DNA from: Nitrospirales bacterium
GTDB taxonomy: Bacteria > Nitrospirota > Nitrospiria > Nitrospirales > UBA8639
Direction: 5' to 3'
DNA: 64,000 bases
Assembly (NCBI GenBank): GCA_965203295.1
Contig: CBDBCZ010000019.1
Location: 2,144,001-2,208,000 of the forward strand
The notes beneath the pieces were generated by a model. That model searched no databases. It saw only the letters and a program-made list of their open reading frames with translations, and had not been told where the DNA came from. This document shows, in pieces, positions 52,162 through 62,878 of this stretch. The first letter of the stretch is position 1. Each line of letters begins with the position of its first letter. The position numbers and the translations under genes are program-made.

Positions 52162-53865
52162 TTACTTGGCACCCACCGGAACAGGTGAGCCCTCAGCCCC
52201 ATGTGTTTTGGCTTCCATGGCTCGCAAGGTCACAAAAATGGCAAAACTAACCACGATGTAAAAGACGACGGTGATCGCCGTGATCAACCACGAAGAGTAG
52301 GCTAATGTTGGAGTGAAAGATTCAGGGGTGAAATCGTACACAAGGTTATAGACATGGAAATACTTTCTGGTCAGTGACCGGACAGCACCCATCAGCCCCA
52401 TCGTCCAAATCGCGCTAAATGCCAAAAAGATGAGAACAAATTGTGAGGCAAAGTCGATCTTTCCCCAAATGATCGTTCCTTGTCTGATGCCCCGATTGTA
52501 GAGGATGTAATTGACGACCGTGAGATACACCAAGGTAAAGGCCGCAGCATTTTTGGCCGGCATCAGCGCTAACTCACTGGCCCATGCGGGTAATTCCTCC
52601 CCTTCCATGGCCCCCGTGGCAATGAACGCATGTGGCGTCATCCAAATCGCATCAGCCACCACAATCATCAAGAAGCCAACCTTGATCATGGTAAACGATG
52701 AAACGGTAAACCTCAGCCCAGGAAGTTTGCTGAGGAGGGGCGGGAGAACAACCAACAGGGCTAAAAAGATAAGCGATTGCCATTCTGGTGGCGGAAAGGT
52801 CCACCAGGCAAAACCCATGACGGCTGGCATGAGAATCACTGTCAGCATGACCAAGCCCGAGATTCGAACTTGCTCTACTCCATGAATTCGCTTCATGCTC
52901 AACCAGATGTAATAGTTACTTCCCAAAAAGATCAAACCCACCATGGCCCCTTGCATCTCAAAGAACATGGACAACTGATCGGCCATCATATAGGGGCAAA
53001 TTGACGCGTCATAATCACAAAGCTCATAAGCAAACAAGTAGCCCATAAATGGGAGAAGCAACAACGCTCCCACTCCAATAAGATTCCCCACAAATCCCAT
53101 CCAGTCGTAATAGGCTCTTTCCTCTTCAGACTTGGCGCCCATATACATATATGCCGCGATCAGACCAGCAATAAACCCTCCAAAGGTGACATTCCCCACA
53201 AGCCGATGAAGGTTCATGGGCATCCAACTGTAATTCGCGACCTTATCCCACAGTCCCGCAGTCTGAATAAACTCAACAAGGGGCATTTCGGCCGCTTTGG
53301 CTGGGCTATTCATGAAAGCAGTCGGACCATCTATGACAAACAACGTAATGGTCCCTATGATATTTAAGAGTACGCCCAATGCAATATGACGTCCCTTTTT
53401 CTCCCCCTTCAGGGCATCCCAGCTATAAAAGTAAGTATAGAGGACGATTGTCTCCGCGATAAACAGGAGTGGATAAATGACGGCAAAGACCAGGAAGAAG
53501 TGTTGAATCAGCCAGGTGGTAAAGTCGGGATAGGTTCCCAAGAGAACAAAAATAAAGAGCCCACCGGTCAATGCGGTCATGCTATATAAAATGACCGTGA
53601 CTTTGGTGACCTCTTTTGCCAATCGATCATATCGTGGATCGTTGTTCTTATACCCTAGCCACTCGGACACAACCGAAAAAATTGGGGCGCCCAGGATAAA
53701 CGCCGCGAAAAGGATATGAAGTTGGGCCACAATCCATACACCGGTACGATTACCGGTGTACGGGATCTCCACAGGTGGAGGGGCTGGAGCCTGGGCATAC
53801 GCCGAAGCAACCTCTGCCACCAGTATTCCAACCACTGCCAGAAGACTCCGCCTTAAAGTAATCAA
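52162..53865 (-). CDS. Second cytochrome bd-like oxidase subunit I
   Basis: AQLHILFAAFILGAP, RYDRLAKE, MNLHRLVGNV, YYDWMGFVGN; paralogous to 46364-48235. Confidence 0.88.
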   Translation of the reverse strand: MITLRRSLLAVVGILVAEVASAYAQAPAPPPVEIPYTGNRTGVWIVAQLHILFAAFILGAPIFSVVSEWLGYKNNDPRYDRLAKEVTKVTVILYSMTALTGGLFIFVLLGTYPDFTTWLIQHFFLVFAVIYPLLFIAETIVLYTYFYSWDALKGEKKGRHIALGVLLNIIGTITLFVIDGPTAFMNSPAKAAEMPLVEFIQTAGLWDKVANYSWMPMNLHRLVGNVTFGGFIAGLIAAYMYMGAKSEEERAYYDWMGFVGNLIGVGALLLLPFMGYLFAYELCDYDASICPYMMADQLSMFFEMQGAMVGLIFLGSNYYIWLSMKRIHGVEQVRISGLVMLTVILMPAVMGFAWWTFPPPEWQSLIFLALLVVLPPLLSKLPGLRFTVSSFTMIKVGFLMIVVADAIWMTPHAFIATGAMEGEELPAWASELALMPAKNAAAFTLVYLTVVNYILYNRGIRQGTIIWGKIDFASQFVLIFLAFSAIWTMGLMGAVRSLTRKYFHVYNLVYDFTPESFTPTLAYSSWLITAITVVFYIVVSFAIFVTLRAMEAKTHGAEGSPVPVGAK

Positions 53866-53907
53866 GATCCTGGCCCTCCTTCAGCCATAATCAGTTGATC
53901 CAACGAG

Positions 53908-54486
53908 TTATTCAGGAGCTTGTTCCGTTGAGCCAGCCTCAGACCCCGACCCATCAGCGGGTGCCTGGTCCATGGCACCACCCTCAGCAGGAGCCGTGCC
54001 GGCTGTTCCAAGAGTGACCCAAGCCCCCTTGACCGAATCATATTCCATATCCTTGAGCCCAAAGGTCCGCTCGTAGGCAATGACCTTCCACCGCTCATCT
54101 TCAGAGAGCTTGGTCTTCCAGGGTTTCATTTTGGTCCCCTTGACTCCTTCCGATACCCGCCAAAACCACTGGGAATCGGAATAGAGTTTCATCTGTTCAG
54201 TCCTCCGGAAGTCCCGAGCACCAGCTTTTTTCGGTTTTCCATCCTTTCCATGGCAACTTGCACAATTCACATCGATATTATGTGCCCCGATGTAAATTTG
54301 ACGGCCTGCCTCAATAACCTCTGGATCGCTCCAGTACCCAGCCGGCATATGCTTGTCCGCATATTCTGGCGGAGCCGGTGGGGGTGGCTTCGGAGGTCCT
54401 TCTTCCCCACAAGAGATCAAAGCCAAGCTCAATACCGAAATGCTACCAATAAGAATCCTCCTGATCATATTTGCTTCTTTCATCAC
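53908..54486 (-). CDS. Cytochrome c lipoprotein
   Basis: Lipobox LISC, CASCH, MKPW. Confidence 0.9.
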   Translation of the reverse strand: MMKEANMIRRILIGSISVLSLALISCGEEGPPKPPPPAPPEYADKHMPAGYWSDPEVIEAGRQIYIGAHNIDVNCASCHGKDGKPKKAGARDFRRTEQMKLYSDSQWFWRVSEGVKGTKMKPWKTKLSEDERWKVIAYERTFGLKDMEYDSVKGAWVTLGTAGTAPAEGGAMDQAPADGSGSEAGSTEQAPE

Positions 54487-54616
54487 TGGCGCCGCTCCTT
54501 TCTTCTCTATAACTTCAATTCTTAATTGCGTTGGTCAAGTCAGTCTCTCTACTAGACTGACAGACTAAGGGGATTCCCAAGGTGTTTGAATTTGCTTCAC
54601 CCTGGGAAATTCCACA

Positions 54617-54660
54617 AAAAAACGCTTTTGCCCTGTCCCTGTGGTCAGGAACAAAAGCGC
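54617..54660 (-). terminator. Intrinsic terminator upstream of the respiratory cluster
   Basis: GCGCTTTTGTTCCTG-loop-CAGGGCAAAAGCGT followed by a T-run. Confidence 0.65.
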
Positions 54661-54807
54661 TAATCGAACCGCCCTATTTCCCAGTCGACCATCGCTAAAA
54701 TTGTTTGCAATTATTGAGGAAAGTTTGAGAACCAAGAAGATAGACCGTCGCCAACTTTAATAGACATAGAAAAAGAGAACCACGTCTTTTTAGGAAGTCT
54801 TTTCCTC

Positions 54808-55410
54808 CTATTCTCTCTTTCCTTTCCTCCTCCCTTTCCCAGATTGAGAACGTTTAAGTTTATTCTTCTTGAATGTTTTCAGCCCCAACAATCCTATTAT
54901 AGCGAGGGAACTAATGCCAAGGCCTACAACAACTGGCGAGGACGAAAATTGACTGACGGACTGACATTCACCTCCAAGATTAACGCTAATGGATCGTTCA
55001 GTTTCGATATCATTCTGGTCAAAGTCAACTTTGGCATTCGTCTCATAGTCTAACGCCTTTATTAATAAAGGATCCCCTTGGTTATCATTGTGTAAATGCA
55101 AACGGATATTATATGAACCTTCGCTGTCCGTGACGCCACTGTCTCCAATTGAGGCCCGCGTGTTCTTGACGATAACTTTAACTCCTTGTATCCCTTCTCC
55201 ATTTTCTTTGCAGACTCGACCCTCAATGGTAAAACGGTGATCGACTTCATGAAGAGCGTCCACCCTGCTCCCAGGCAAAATTCCAACAAAAACAACTGTG
55301 AGAAGAATTGTTTGAATGGATGCGGAAGGAACGGCACAATGCCATCCAGACTCCCCATCTATGGAAAAAGAATCCCTTCTTCTTTGGAGAGTGAAACGGC
55401 ACCACCTCAA
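54808..55410 (-). CDS. Hypothetical exported beta-sandwich protein with C-terminal TM and basic tail; true start probably downstream
   Basis: HEVDHRFTIEGRVC, TDSEGSYNIRLHLHNDNQGD; TM followed by KKNKLKR. Confidence 0.65.
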   Translation of the reverse strand: MRWCRFTLQRRRDSFSIDGESGWHCAVPSASIQTILLTVVFVGILPGSRVDALHEVDHRFTIEGRVCKENGEGIQGVKVIVKNTRASIGDSGVTDSEGSYNIRLHLHNDNQGDPLLIKALDYETNAKVDFDQNDIETERSISVNLGGECQSVSQFSSSPVVVGLGISSLAIIGLLGLKTFKKNKLKRSQSGKGRRKGKRE

Positions 55411-55671
55411 TCCTTACACAACCTTTTTGGTAGGAAGGCACAACAAGAAAAAATGTGCGTGACTTCTAGCATAGAGCCCTTTCCTCTGTCAATAATTTGA
55501 CGTCTCGGCAAGCGTTTTCTGTCAAGACTCTCGCCTTATTTCTTCTTTCGTTATCAGAAAAGCTGATTGATGGAATGAACCAAAAAAGAAAGGGCCAGAT
55601 ACAACAATTATCCAACTCGATTCGGAGGATCAAGGAATAGAAAATGGAGGTAAGTCATGTCTTTTTTTCTG

Positions 55672-55982
55672 TCACTCCCTTTTTTTCTGAATCCACGCTT
55701 CCCAAGATTTTCCAGTAGCCGTATCTTCTCCTGAAAAAAATACCGCGACAATTTCACGATAGGGATCCTTTGGGGTCTATCCTGATTCGCCACAAACATT
55801 TCGAGATAGGGTTCTGGCACGTGATCTTGCCGACTGTAGACGTACCCCACAAACTCGTTGCCAGACTTTAAAACGAGGGTGACATAACCACGGTAGGCGA
55901 ATACCGAATCAACCGCACGCGTCAATTCCTCTTTGGACTTTGGGTAAAACTCCGACCCTTCTATATTAGAGTCGGTGGACAT
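55672..55982 (-). pseudogene. Conserved hypothetical protein downstream of hpnH, apparent -1 frameshift
   Basis: AFxYRGxVT-type N-terminus; protein-like continuation IPYREIVAVFFSGEDTATGKSWEAW lies in another frame after the C-run near 55763. Confidence 0.55.
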
Positions 55983-56032
55983 AAGAAAAGAAGTTCGTCG
56001 TTGAGAGGCATACTGGAAAACGTTTGGGTGGC

Positions 56033-57049
56033 TTAGGTGGCATTCGGGAAAAGGGTAGCCTTGACCGTATCAGTAAAACCTGTCCAAGAGCTGAAGGTCT
56101 CTTCCACGGCTGACGCCTCATATCCACAATGGACCATACAGTCGGCGCATTTGGGATTACGCCCTGTCCCGTAATTGTCCCAATCCGTCTGTTCGAGCAA
56201 TTCCTTGAAGGAAGAGGCATAGCCATCTTGAAGAAGATAACAAGGCTTTTGCCAACCAAAGATATTATAGGTCGGGTTTCCCCACGGGGTACATTCGTAT
56301 TCACGTTTCCCCATGAGAAATTCGAGAAACAAGGGCGATTGATTGAACTGCCATTTGCGTTTTCTCTTGTTTAACATTCGCGCAAAGAGTTCCTGTGTCC
56401 GATGCCGTTTCAGAAAACTGTTCTGATCAGGAGCTTTTTCATAACTATATCCGGGGGAAATCATCATGCCCTCTACACCCAATTCCATCATTTCATCAAA
56501 AAATTTTCTCATCCGTTCGGGATTGGTATCATCGAATAAGGTGGTATTCGTCGTGACTCGAAATCCTCGATCAAGAGCCGTTTTGATCGCCTTAATAGCC
56601 ACGTCATATACTCCATCTCGACAGACAGCAAAATCATGTTCATCACGTAGACCATCCATATGGATGCTGAATGTCAAAAATTTCGAAGGCGAGTAGTCCT
56701 CAAGCTTTCGTTCCAACAGAATGGCATTCGTACACAAATACACATATTTCTTCCTTTGAACCAGCCCTCTGACTATTTCTGGCATTTCAGGATGAATCAA
56801 CGGTTCCCCACCTGGAATGCTGACGATGGGGACACTACATTCTTCAGCCGCAGCCCAGCATTGTTCAGGAGTGAGCCGTCGATCCAAAACATGATCAGGG
56901 TATTGAATTTTTCCACACCCTGCACAAGCCAAATTGCAACGGAAAATTGGCTCTAACATCAACACCAAGGGGTATTGTTTTACTCTCCTTAGCTTTTGGG
57001 CAATGACATAACTCGCCACCCGATACATTTGAGATATGGGGACAGCCAT
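56033..57049 (-). CDS. hpnH: Adenosyl-hopene transferase (radical SAM)
   Basis: YPLVLMLEPIFRCNLACAGCGKI, SIPGGEPL, CTPWGNPT, CADCMVHCGYE. Confidence 0.96.
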   Translation of the reverse strand: MAVPISQMYRVASYVIAQKLRRVKQYPLVLMLEPIFRCNLACAGCGKIQYPDHVLDRRLTPEQCWAAAEECSVPIVSIPGGEPLIHPEMPEIVRGLVQRKKYVYLCTNAILLERKLEDYSPSKFLTFSIHMDGLRDEHDFAVCRDGVYDVAIKAIKTALDRGFRVTTNTTLFDDTNPERMRKFFDEMMELGVEGMMISPGYSYEKAPDQNSFLKRHRTQELFARMLNKRKRKWQFNQSPLFLEFLMGKREYECTPWGNPTYNIFGWQKPCYLLQDGYASSFKELLEQTDWDNYGTGRNPKCADCMVHCGYEASAVEETFSSWTGFTDTVKATLFPNAT

Positions 57050-57223
57050 CTTTATCTCCTTAGAACTTTTTCCTGTTTGTCTAATTTTCTCTCACGAAAA
57101 TACAGAGTAGAAGCTTATCACTCGCGAGAAAGCTGGTCAATTCAATGGATTAGAAATCTTATCTATGTCAGGTTGCATGACAAATTTTGAGTGAAAAATT
57201 TGAGTTTTTTAATAAAGAGAGAA

Positions 57224-57299
57224 TGGAGGCGCCGAGCGGGTTCGAACCGCTGAATCGCAGTTTTGCAGACTGCTCCCTTAGCCACTTGGGTACGGCGCC
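57224..57299 (-). tRNA. tRNA-Cys(GCA)
   Basis: GGCGCCG acceptor, loop CTGCAAA, GGTTCGAACCC, CCA. Confidence 0.96.
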
Positions 57300-57456
57300 A
57301 CGGAAAACATTATAACGACCGTTCCTTATCGATGACAAGCTAAAGGATATATCAATGCGAAGGGAAGCTTTGTCGTGAATAGTAATGAAGTTTGATGACG
57401 AAGAGTGAATCAAGAACCTTCGGGGGTCAAAAGGGAGAGCGAAAAAGGGCTTTGGG

Positions 57457-58632
57457 TCAACGAGGCAAAACGGGAACTTCCCGTTTTAAAGAAAGAAGAG
57501 GGAGAACAGGTTCCGTTTGGAATATTTGTTGAGATTGGGCACCTTGGGATTCGGATGTTGGTTCACTCTTCTGCTCCATGACCATGGATTCAACTTCCTC
57601 AATGAGGGTTTCCATTAATTCTTCAGACTTGACCTTGCGTACCAGTTTTCCCTTCTTAAAAAGAATCCCCACACCCTGGCCTCCTGCGATACCAATATCC
57701 GCTTCTTTCCCTTCGCCAATACCATTCACCACACATCCCAAAACAGATACATTCAGCGGTGTATCGATATGACTCAGGCGCTTTTCCAATTCATTGGCCA
57801 TTCGAACCACGTCAATTTCGACACGACCACACGTTGGACAGGCAATAACATTCACACCCCGATGCCGGAGTTCAAGGGATTTCAGGATTTCGAACCCGAT
57901 TTTCACCTCCTCCACCGGATCAGCTGCCAAAGAAACCCGCATCGTATCGCCAATCCCATTTGAAAGCAGCCAACCAAGACCAATGGCTGATTTCACGGCC
58001 CCTGTTGCCGCGGTGCCGGCTTCCGTAATCCCAATATGGAGGGGATAGTTGGACTGCTGCGCAAAAAGCCAATAGGCATCTATGGCCATATGGACATCCG
58101 AAGCCTTGAGGGAAACTTTCATATTCGTAAAACCGATATCCTCTAAGGCATGAACAGCGTTTAAAGCTGACTCAGCCAATGCTTTCGCCGTCGGATAGCC
58201 ATACTTTTCAATAAGAGGGCGCTCCAAAGAACCTGCATTCACCCCGACACGGAGGGGAATTCCATGATCATCAACAGCTTTCACAACTTCTTGAAGTTTC
58301 CACCAAGGCCCGATATTCCCTGGGTTAATACGGACACAATCGACCACCTCCGCGGCCTTTAAGGCCAAGCGATGGTCAAAATGCACATCCGCAATGAGAG
58401 GGAGGTTGATTTGGGATTTGATCGAAGGGAGCGCGGCAGCGGCCTCTTGATCAGGCACGGCTACACGGACTATCTCACACCCAGCTTTCTCCAATTCATG
58501 AATTTGGTCAATAGTGGCTACGATATCACGAGGATGGGGAATCGTCATCGATTGAACCGATATCGGGGCACCCCCGCCAACCTTAACCGGGCCCACTTGA
58601 ATTTGCCGTGTCTGTCGACGCGTAATATGCAT
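57457..58632 (-). CDS. ispG: HMBPP synthase
   Basis: PISVQSMT, ADVHFD, RINPGNIG, ACPTCGR, GCVVNGIGE. Confidence 0.97.
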   Translation of the reverse strand: MHITRRQTRQIQVGPVKVGGGAPISVQSMTIPHPRDIVATIDQIHELEKAGCEIVRVAVPDQEAAAALPSIKSQINLPLIADVHFDHRLALKAAEVVDCVRINPGNIGPWWKLQEVVKAVDDHGIPLRVGVNAGSLERPLIEKYGYPTAKALAESALNAVHALEDIGFTNMKVSLKASDVHMAIDAYWLFAQQSNYPLHIGITEAGTAATGAVKSAIGLGWLLSNGIGDTMRVSLAADPVEEVKIGFEILKSLELRHRGVNVIACPTCGRVEIDVVRMANELEKRLSHIDTPLNVSVLGCVVNGIGEGKEADIGIAGGQGVGILFKKGKLVRKVKSEELMETLIEEVESMVMEQKSEPTSESQGAQSQQIFQTEPVLPLLSLKREVPVLPR

Positions 58633-58642
58633 AAGATGAATG

Positions 58643-60538
58643 TTAACGATGCACAGTTTGAAAATGCACTTCAGCTAACAATTGTTTGGCTTGGGTGTAA
58701 ATCCCATTCGCTGTCAATCCGTATTTTTCACGCAGGAGATCTTGAGGCCCCTGCTCGATATACCAATCAGGCAATCCTAGGCACTTCGTTTGGACATGGG
58801 TGATCCTTTCGTCCGACAAGTATTCAATCACGGCCGACCCAAACCCACCCATACGAGATGATTCTTCAATCATCAACATGCACTTGACCCCTTTGGCAAT
58901 TTCTCCGATCAATTGACCATCCAGTGGTTTGACGAACCGAGCATTAATCACTGCAGCAGACACGCCTTCCTGCTCCAGCATAGAGGCCACTTCAACAGCT
59001 TGAGAAACTGTCACACCGATCGCGAGCAAGGCAATATCACTTCCGTCTTGAATTAACTCAGCTTTCCCTATCGGAAGCTCTTGAGGTTCGAGATCGAGAT
59101 CAACACCCAAACCTGCGCCTCGGGGATATCGAACGGCCGCAGGACCATTAAAAGCCAGACAGGTTTTCATCATATGTTGAAGCTCATTTTCATCCTTGGG
59201 GGCCATCACAACCATATTCGGTATGTGTCGGAGATAGGCGAAATCAAAGGCTCCATGGTGAGTTGTTCCATCCTCCGCAACCAACCCTCCGCGATCAATG
59301 CAAAAGGTCACTGGCAGATCTTGGGTAGCCACATCGTGAACAATCTGATCATAGGCACGCTGCAGGAATGTCGAATACATCGGGACTACCGGACGCATCC
59401 CTTGTGCCGCCAAACCAGCCGCAAAGGTGACAGCATGTTGCTCAGCGATCCCCACATCATATAATCGACTGGGAAAAGCTTTCTGGAAGACTGTCAGTCC
59501 CGTTCCTTCACACATCGCCGCTGTAATCGCCACAACCCGAGCATCATCGGTTGCCAATCTGACTAATGTATTGATCGCCACTGTACTGTAGGTCGGTCGA
59601 GAAGGCTTTTTAGCCGGCGCCCCTGTTTCACGATCAAAGGGGGAACAGGCATGAAACCAAACCGGGTTCTCCATGGCTGGCTTATATCCTAGCCCTTTTT
59701 GGGTGATCACATGCAATAAAGTCTGACCTTTTAATTTGAGTACATTTTCTAAGGTAGGCAATAGATGTTCGAAATTATGTCCATCAATGGGACCCACGTA
59801 TCGAAATCCTAATTCTTCAAAAAGAAGGCCGGGGAAAATCAATCCCTTAGCTAGCTCTTCCGCTCGGCTGACCATCTTTTTTACTGGTTCACCAATTTGA
59901 GGAATGGCCTTCAGAAAATGGGAAGTCTCTTCCTTTAAACGGGTATAAAACTCACCAGTAAAGGTTCGGTTCAAATACGCTGAAATGGCCCCAACATTTT
60001 TCGAAATCGACATTTGGTTATCGTTCAGAACGACAAGCAAATCTCTTTGAGAGTCACCAGCCTGTTGAAGGCCCTCCAAAGTCATGCCAGAAGTCATGGC
60101 ACCATCCCCTACAACACAGACGACTTTGTGGGACTGGCCCTTCTGTTCTCGTGCTTCCACAAACCCAACTGCCGCAGACACACCGGTTCCCGCATGGCCA
60201 GCGTTAAACGTATCGTAGATACTTTCTTCTCGCTTACAAAACCCGCTTAATCCTCCAAACTGGCGAATCGTGTGAAATTGCTCTCGACGTCCCGTCAGAA
60301 GTTTATGAGTGTAGGCTTGGTTGCTGGTATCCCAGACAATAAGGTCTTCAGGGGTGTCGAGCAAATAATGCAATGCGACAGTCAATTCAACGACACCAAG
60401 GTTAGAGGCCAAATGCCCACCAACATCCGAAATCACGGAAATAATTCGATCGCGAATTTCCTGGCACAATTCAGGAAACTGTTCGTGATCGAGCTTCTTT
60501 AAATCAGAAGGACTTTCAATGGCATTGAGCAAGGACAT
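58643..60538 (-). CDS. dxs: 1-deoxy-D-xylulose-5-phosphate synthase
   Basis: GGHLASNLGVVEL, GDGAMTSG..LNDN, DVGIAEQHAV, DRGGLVAEDGTTH. Confidence 0.97.
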   Translation of the reverse strand: MSLLNAIESPSDLKKLDHEQFPELCQEIRDRIISVISDVGGHLASNLGVVELTVALHYLLDTPEDLIVWDTSNQAYTHKLLTGRREQFHTIRQFGGLSGFCKREESIYDTFNAGHAGTGVSAAVGFVEAREQKGQSHKVVCVVGDGAMTSGMTLEGLQQAGDSQRDLLVVLNDNQMSISKNVGAISAYLNRTFTGEFYTRLKEETSHFLKAIPQIGEPVKKMVSRAEELAKGLIFPGLLFEELGFRYVGPIDGHNFEHLLPTLENVLKLKGQTLLHVITQKGLGYKPAMENPVWFHACSPFDRETGAPAKKPSRPTYSTVAINTLVRLATDDARVVAITAAMCEGTGLTVFQKAFPSRLYDVGIAEQHAVTFAAGLAAQGMRPVVPMYSTFLQRAYDQIVHDVATQDLPVTFCIDRGGLVAEDGTTHHGAFDFAYLRHIPNMVVMAPKDENELQHMMKTCLAFNGPAAVRYPRGAGLGVDLDLEPQELPIGKAELIQDGSDIALLAIGVTVSQAVEVASMLEQEGVSAAVINARFVKPLDGQLIGEIAKGVKCMLMIEESSRMGGFGSAVIEYLSDERITHVQTKCLGLPDWYIEQGPQDLLREKYGLTANGIYTQAKQLLAEVHFQTVHR

Positions 60539-60810
60539 TCCTTCATCCTTTCATATTTCGATTTTGAAATGGGGGGCATAGACAAAGGGATTTCGATCAT
60601 TTTCTCTTATTTTTCTGAATCTTGCGAGATTCCCACACTTCTAGAACACTGTCAAGGCAGACGAGACTCAAGCGCGCTTTTGGCCAAAATTTTGAGACTG
60701 TTCACTCATATCCAGCAACTTCATCGACAATCTTCAATCTATCCCAGATATTTACTGATGTGCAGGCCAATTATCCTGTGGCATCATCGTGGATTAAACT
60801 ATGGAGACAA

Positions 60811-61476
60811 TTAAGAGGATGTTTGGTCCCGTAGTCTTTGGAAAAGCCCCTCATACGAAGAAGTTTTGATGATTCGATTGAATTGTCCTCGAAAGTTTCT
60901 TGCCAAACTGACTCCATCAATCACGACATCATAGACTCGCCAGTCACCGTTTTTTTTAAAAAGCCTGTAATCCAGTGGAAGTACAAGCTTTTTTGACACG
61001 ACTTTCGTTTGAACTTCGGCAAAGTCACCTTTGCGACGTTCCTTGAGATATTGGACCTGCTCACCGGCATATCCATCCACATTCCCAGCGTAGGTCTTTG
61101 AGAGGAAGCGCTGAAAAAGCTCGACAAATTCCTTGCGTTGGGACTCATTGAGTTTTTTCCAATGTTTTCCTAAGGTCCGTTTTGCCATTTCATTATAGTC
61201 AAAACGTTTTCCAATCACGGGTTCCAACATAGCCAGCCGTTCTTTTTTCCGTTCTGGCTTTCTTGAATTCTCATCACTCAGAATTTCTAAGACTTCATCA
61301 ATAGTTGATTTAACGGCTTCTGTTGCCGACCCAGGTTCAGCTGCCATTCCATCTATAGTCCTCCAAGGCCCACCTATCAAGACGATCACACAAAACAAAA
61401 GGCCAAATACTACTCTCAGTTTGATGAAGAGCATTTGATCGACCTTCCTTGAGATTCCTGTTTCCTTAACGTTCAT
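60811..61476 (-). CDS. MlaC/Ttg2D-family (HpnM-like) lipid-transport periplasmic protein
   Basis: FDYNEMAKRTLGKHW, WRVYDVVIDGVSLARNFRGQF; hopanoid gene context. Confidence 0.9.
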   Translation of the reverse strand: MNVKETGISRKVDQMLFIKLRVVFGLLFCVIVLIGGPWRTIDGMAAEPGSATEAVKSTIDEVLEILSDENSRKPERKKERLAMLEPVIGKRFDYNEMAKRTLGKHWKKLNESQRKEFVELFQRFLSKTYAGNVDGYAGEQVQYLKERRKGDFAEVQTKVVSKKLVLPLDYRLFKKNGDWRVYDVVIDGVSLARNFRGQFNRIIKTSSYEGLFQRLRDQTSS

Positions 61477-61600
61477 GCCCCTGCCTCCAGATTATTTATT
61501 CAGCGCTTCCATGAATAAATTGACGAACCAGTTCTTCCAGGATCATACCAAATATACTATCTATAGAAATGCATCTCCATGTTTCAGTAGATCCTCTTTG

Positions 61601-61866
61601 GGGAATGCTGAAATAAGGCGTCAGCGGCGTTCTCGGCCCTTTGTCGTGCTCACGTACTGCCTCATACACTCCGCTCGACAAACCGCCTGCGACTTTGCAC
61701 CCTAAGTGATTATATCACTCGGCGTAGGGGTTGCTCGAATGGGGTGTGCCCCCTCGAGGGGTCACAGCCTTGTTTGTTTGGGCCGTCCTAGGGGCAGCAC
61801 CCCTGGGAAATCAGGATGTGAGGCTCGGCGAACGCTCCTGCTGAGCACGCCTTTTTGAACATCCCC
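61601..61866. mobile_element. MITE-like non-autonomous element
   Basis: Imperfect terminal inverted repeats GGGAATGCTGAAATAAGGCGT and (reverse complement) GGGGATGTTCAAAAAGGCGT; GC-rich hairpin interior; no transposase. Confidence 0.6.
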
Positions 61867-62059
61867 TCTCGCTTTTGGAAGTTCATGATATAAGTCACAT
61901 GTGAACGCCACTATGAGAATTTTTCAATTATTCAACAGTCCCCTTTGAACACCTCTTTCTTTCCATTCGGCGCTGGTTTCTCGAACTCCAACGTGAAGAC
62001 AAATTCACAGAGCGTGGATTACAGCCAATGAAATGCAGTTGCTTCAAAATGTGGGGTGA

Positions 62060-62857
62060 TTAAAGCTGAGTTTCTTTTTCTATTTCTACCAAAAAATTCC
62101 TCAAAAACCTAGTAATCTGTCGAGAGGCCACAACCGTCTGCTTTCGGAACTGATACAGTTTTACAAGCAAACGGGGATGCCATAAGAGTTCCGTTACACC
62201 GCGAATCCACCCTCCGGGAGTTCGAAATGTATTAAAGTCCATGGGAAGACTCTCATCCAGTTCATCTGAAACAACTCGAACCATCAGAAAGGGAATATTC
62301 TTGTCACGAGCCATCTTTCCAATGCCGGCACTTTCCATCTCCACACCCACGGCCCCAGTTTCACCAGCTAAGAGTTTCTTTTCCTCGGGGGTGCATAGTA
62401 CTCTGGAAACAGTCACAACCAGGCCTGCGAGAGTTTGATCACCCAATAATTCTGATGTGTGAGAGGCCATTCGATGAAAAGTCGGATCACAGAAATGTGA
62501 AAGCTGGCTGCCTAAGTCGGACTGATCATAAGAAAAAGCCTTGACGTGAGTCGCAATAATGATATCTCCAATCTTGGCAGGAGCCAAAGCCCCTACAAAC
62601 CCAGAACTCAGAATGAGATCAAACGAGGCATGTGACGTGACGAGTTGGCAGGCCCGCATGGCATTTTCCATTCCCATACCCGTTTGAACGAGGAACAAGT
62701 GGAGATGACCACTTTGCCCACTGATGGAACGGAAACCAAAAACGGTACTTAAAGCAGGAAAAGGAAGGACTTGACGAACGGCATTGAATTCCCACTTCGT
62801 TGCCGTAAATATCCCAATTCTGAACAGGGAGCACTCCGCAGAAGAAGTAAACGACAA
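62060..62857 (-). CDS. hpnG: Hopanoid-associated nucleoside phosphorylase (HpnG-like)
   Basis: QTGMG, SSGFVGAL, VEMESAG, VRVVSD; directly after shc. Confidence 0.8.
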   Translation of the reverse strand: MSFTSSAECSLFRIGIFTATKWEFNAVRQVLPFPALSTVFGFRSISGQSGHLHLFLVQTGMGMENAMRACQLVTSHASFDLILSSGFVGALAPAKIGDIIIATHVKAFSYDQSDLGSQLSHFCDPTFHRMASHTSELLGDQTLAGLVVTVSRVLCTPEEKKLLAGETGAVGVEMESAGIGKMARDKNIPFLMVRVVSDELDESLPMDFNTFRTPGGWIRGVTELLWHPRLLVKLYQFRKQTVVASRQITRFLRNFLVEIEKETQL

Positions 62858-62878
62858 AAGATGTACTACGAATGCAGG

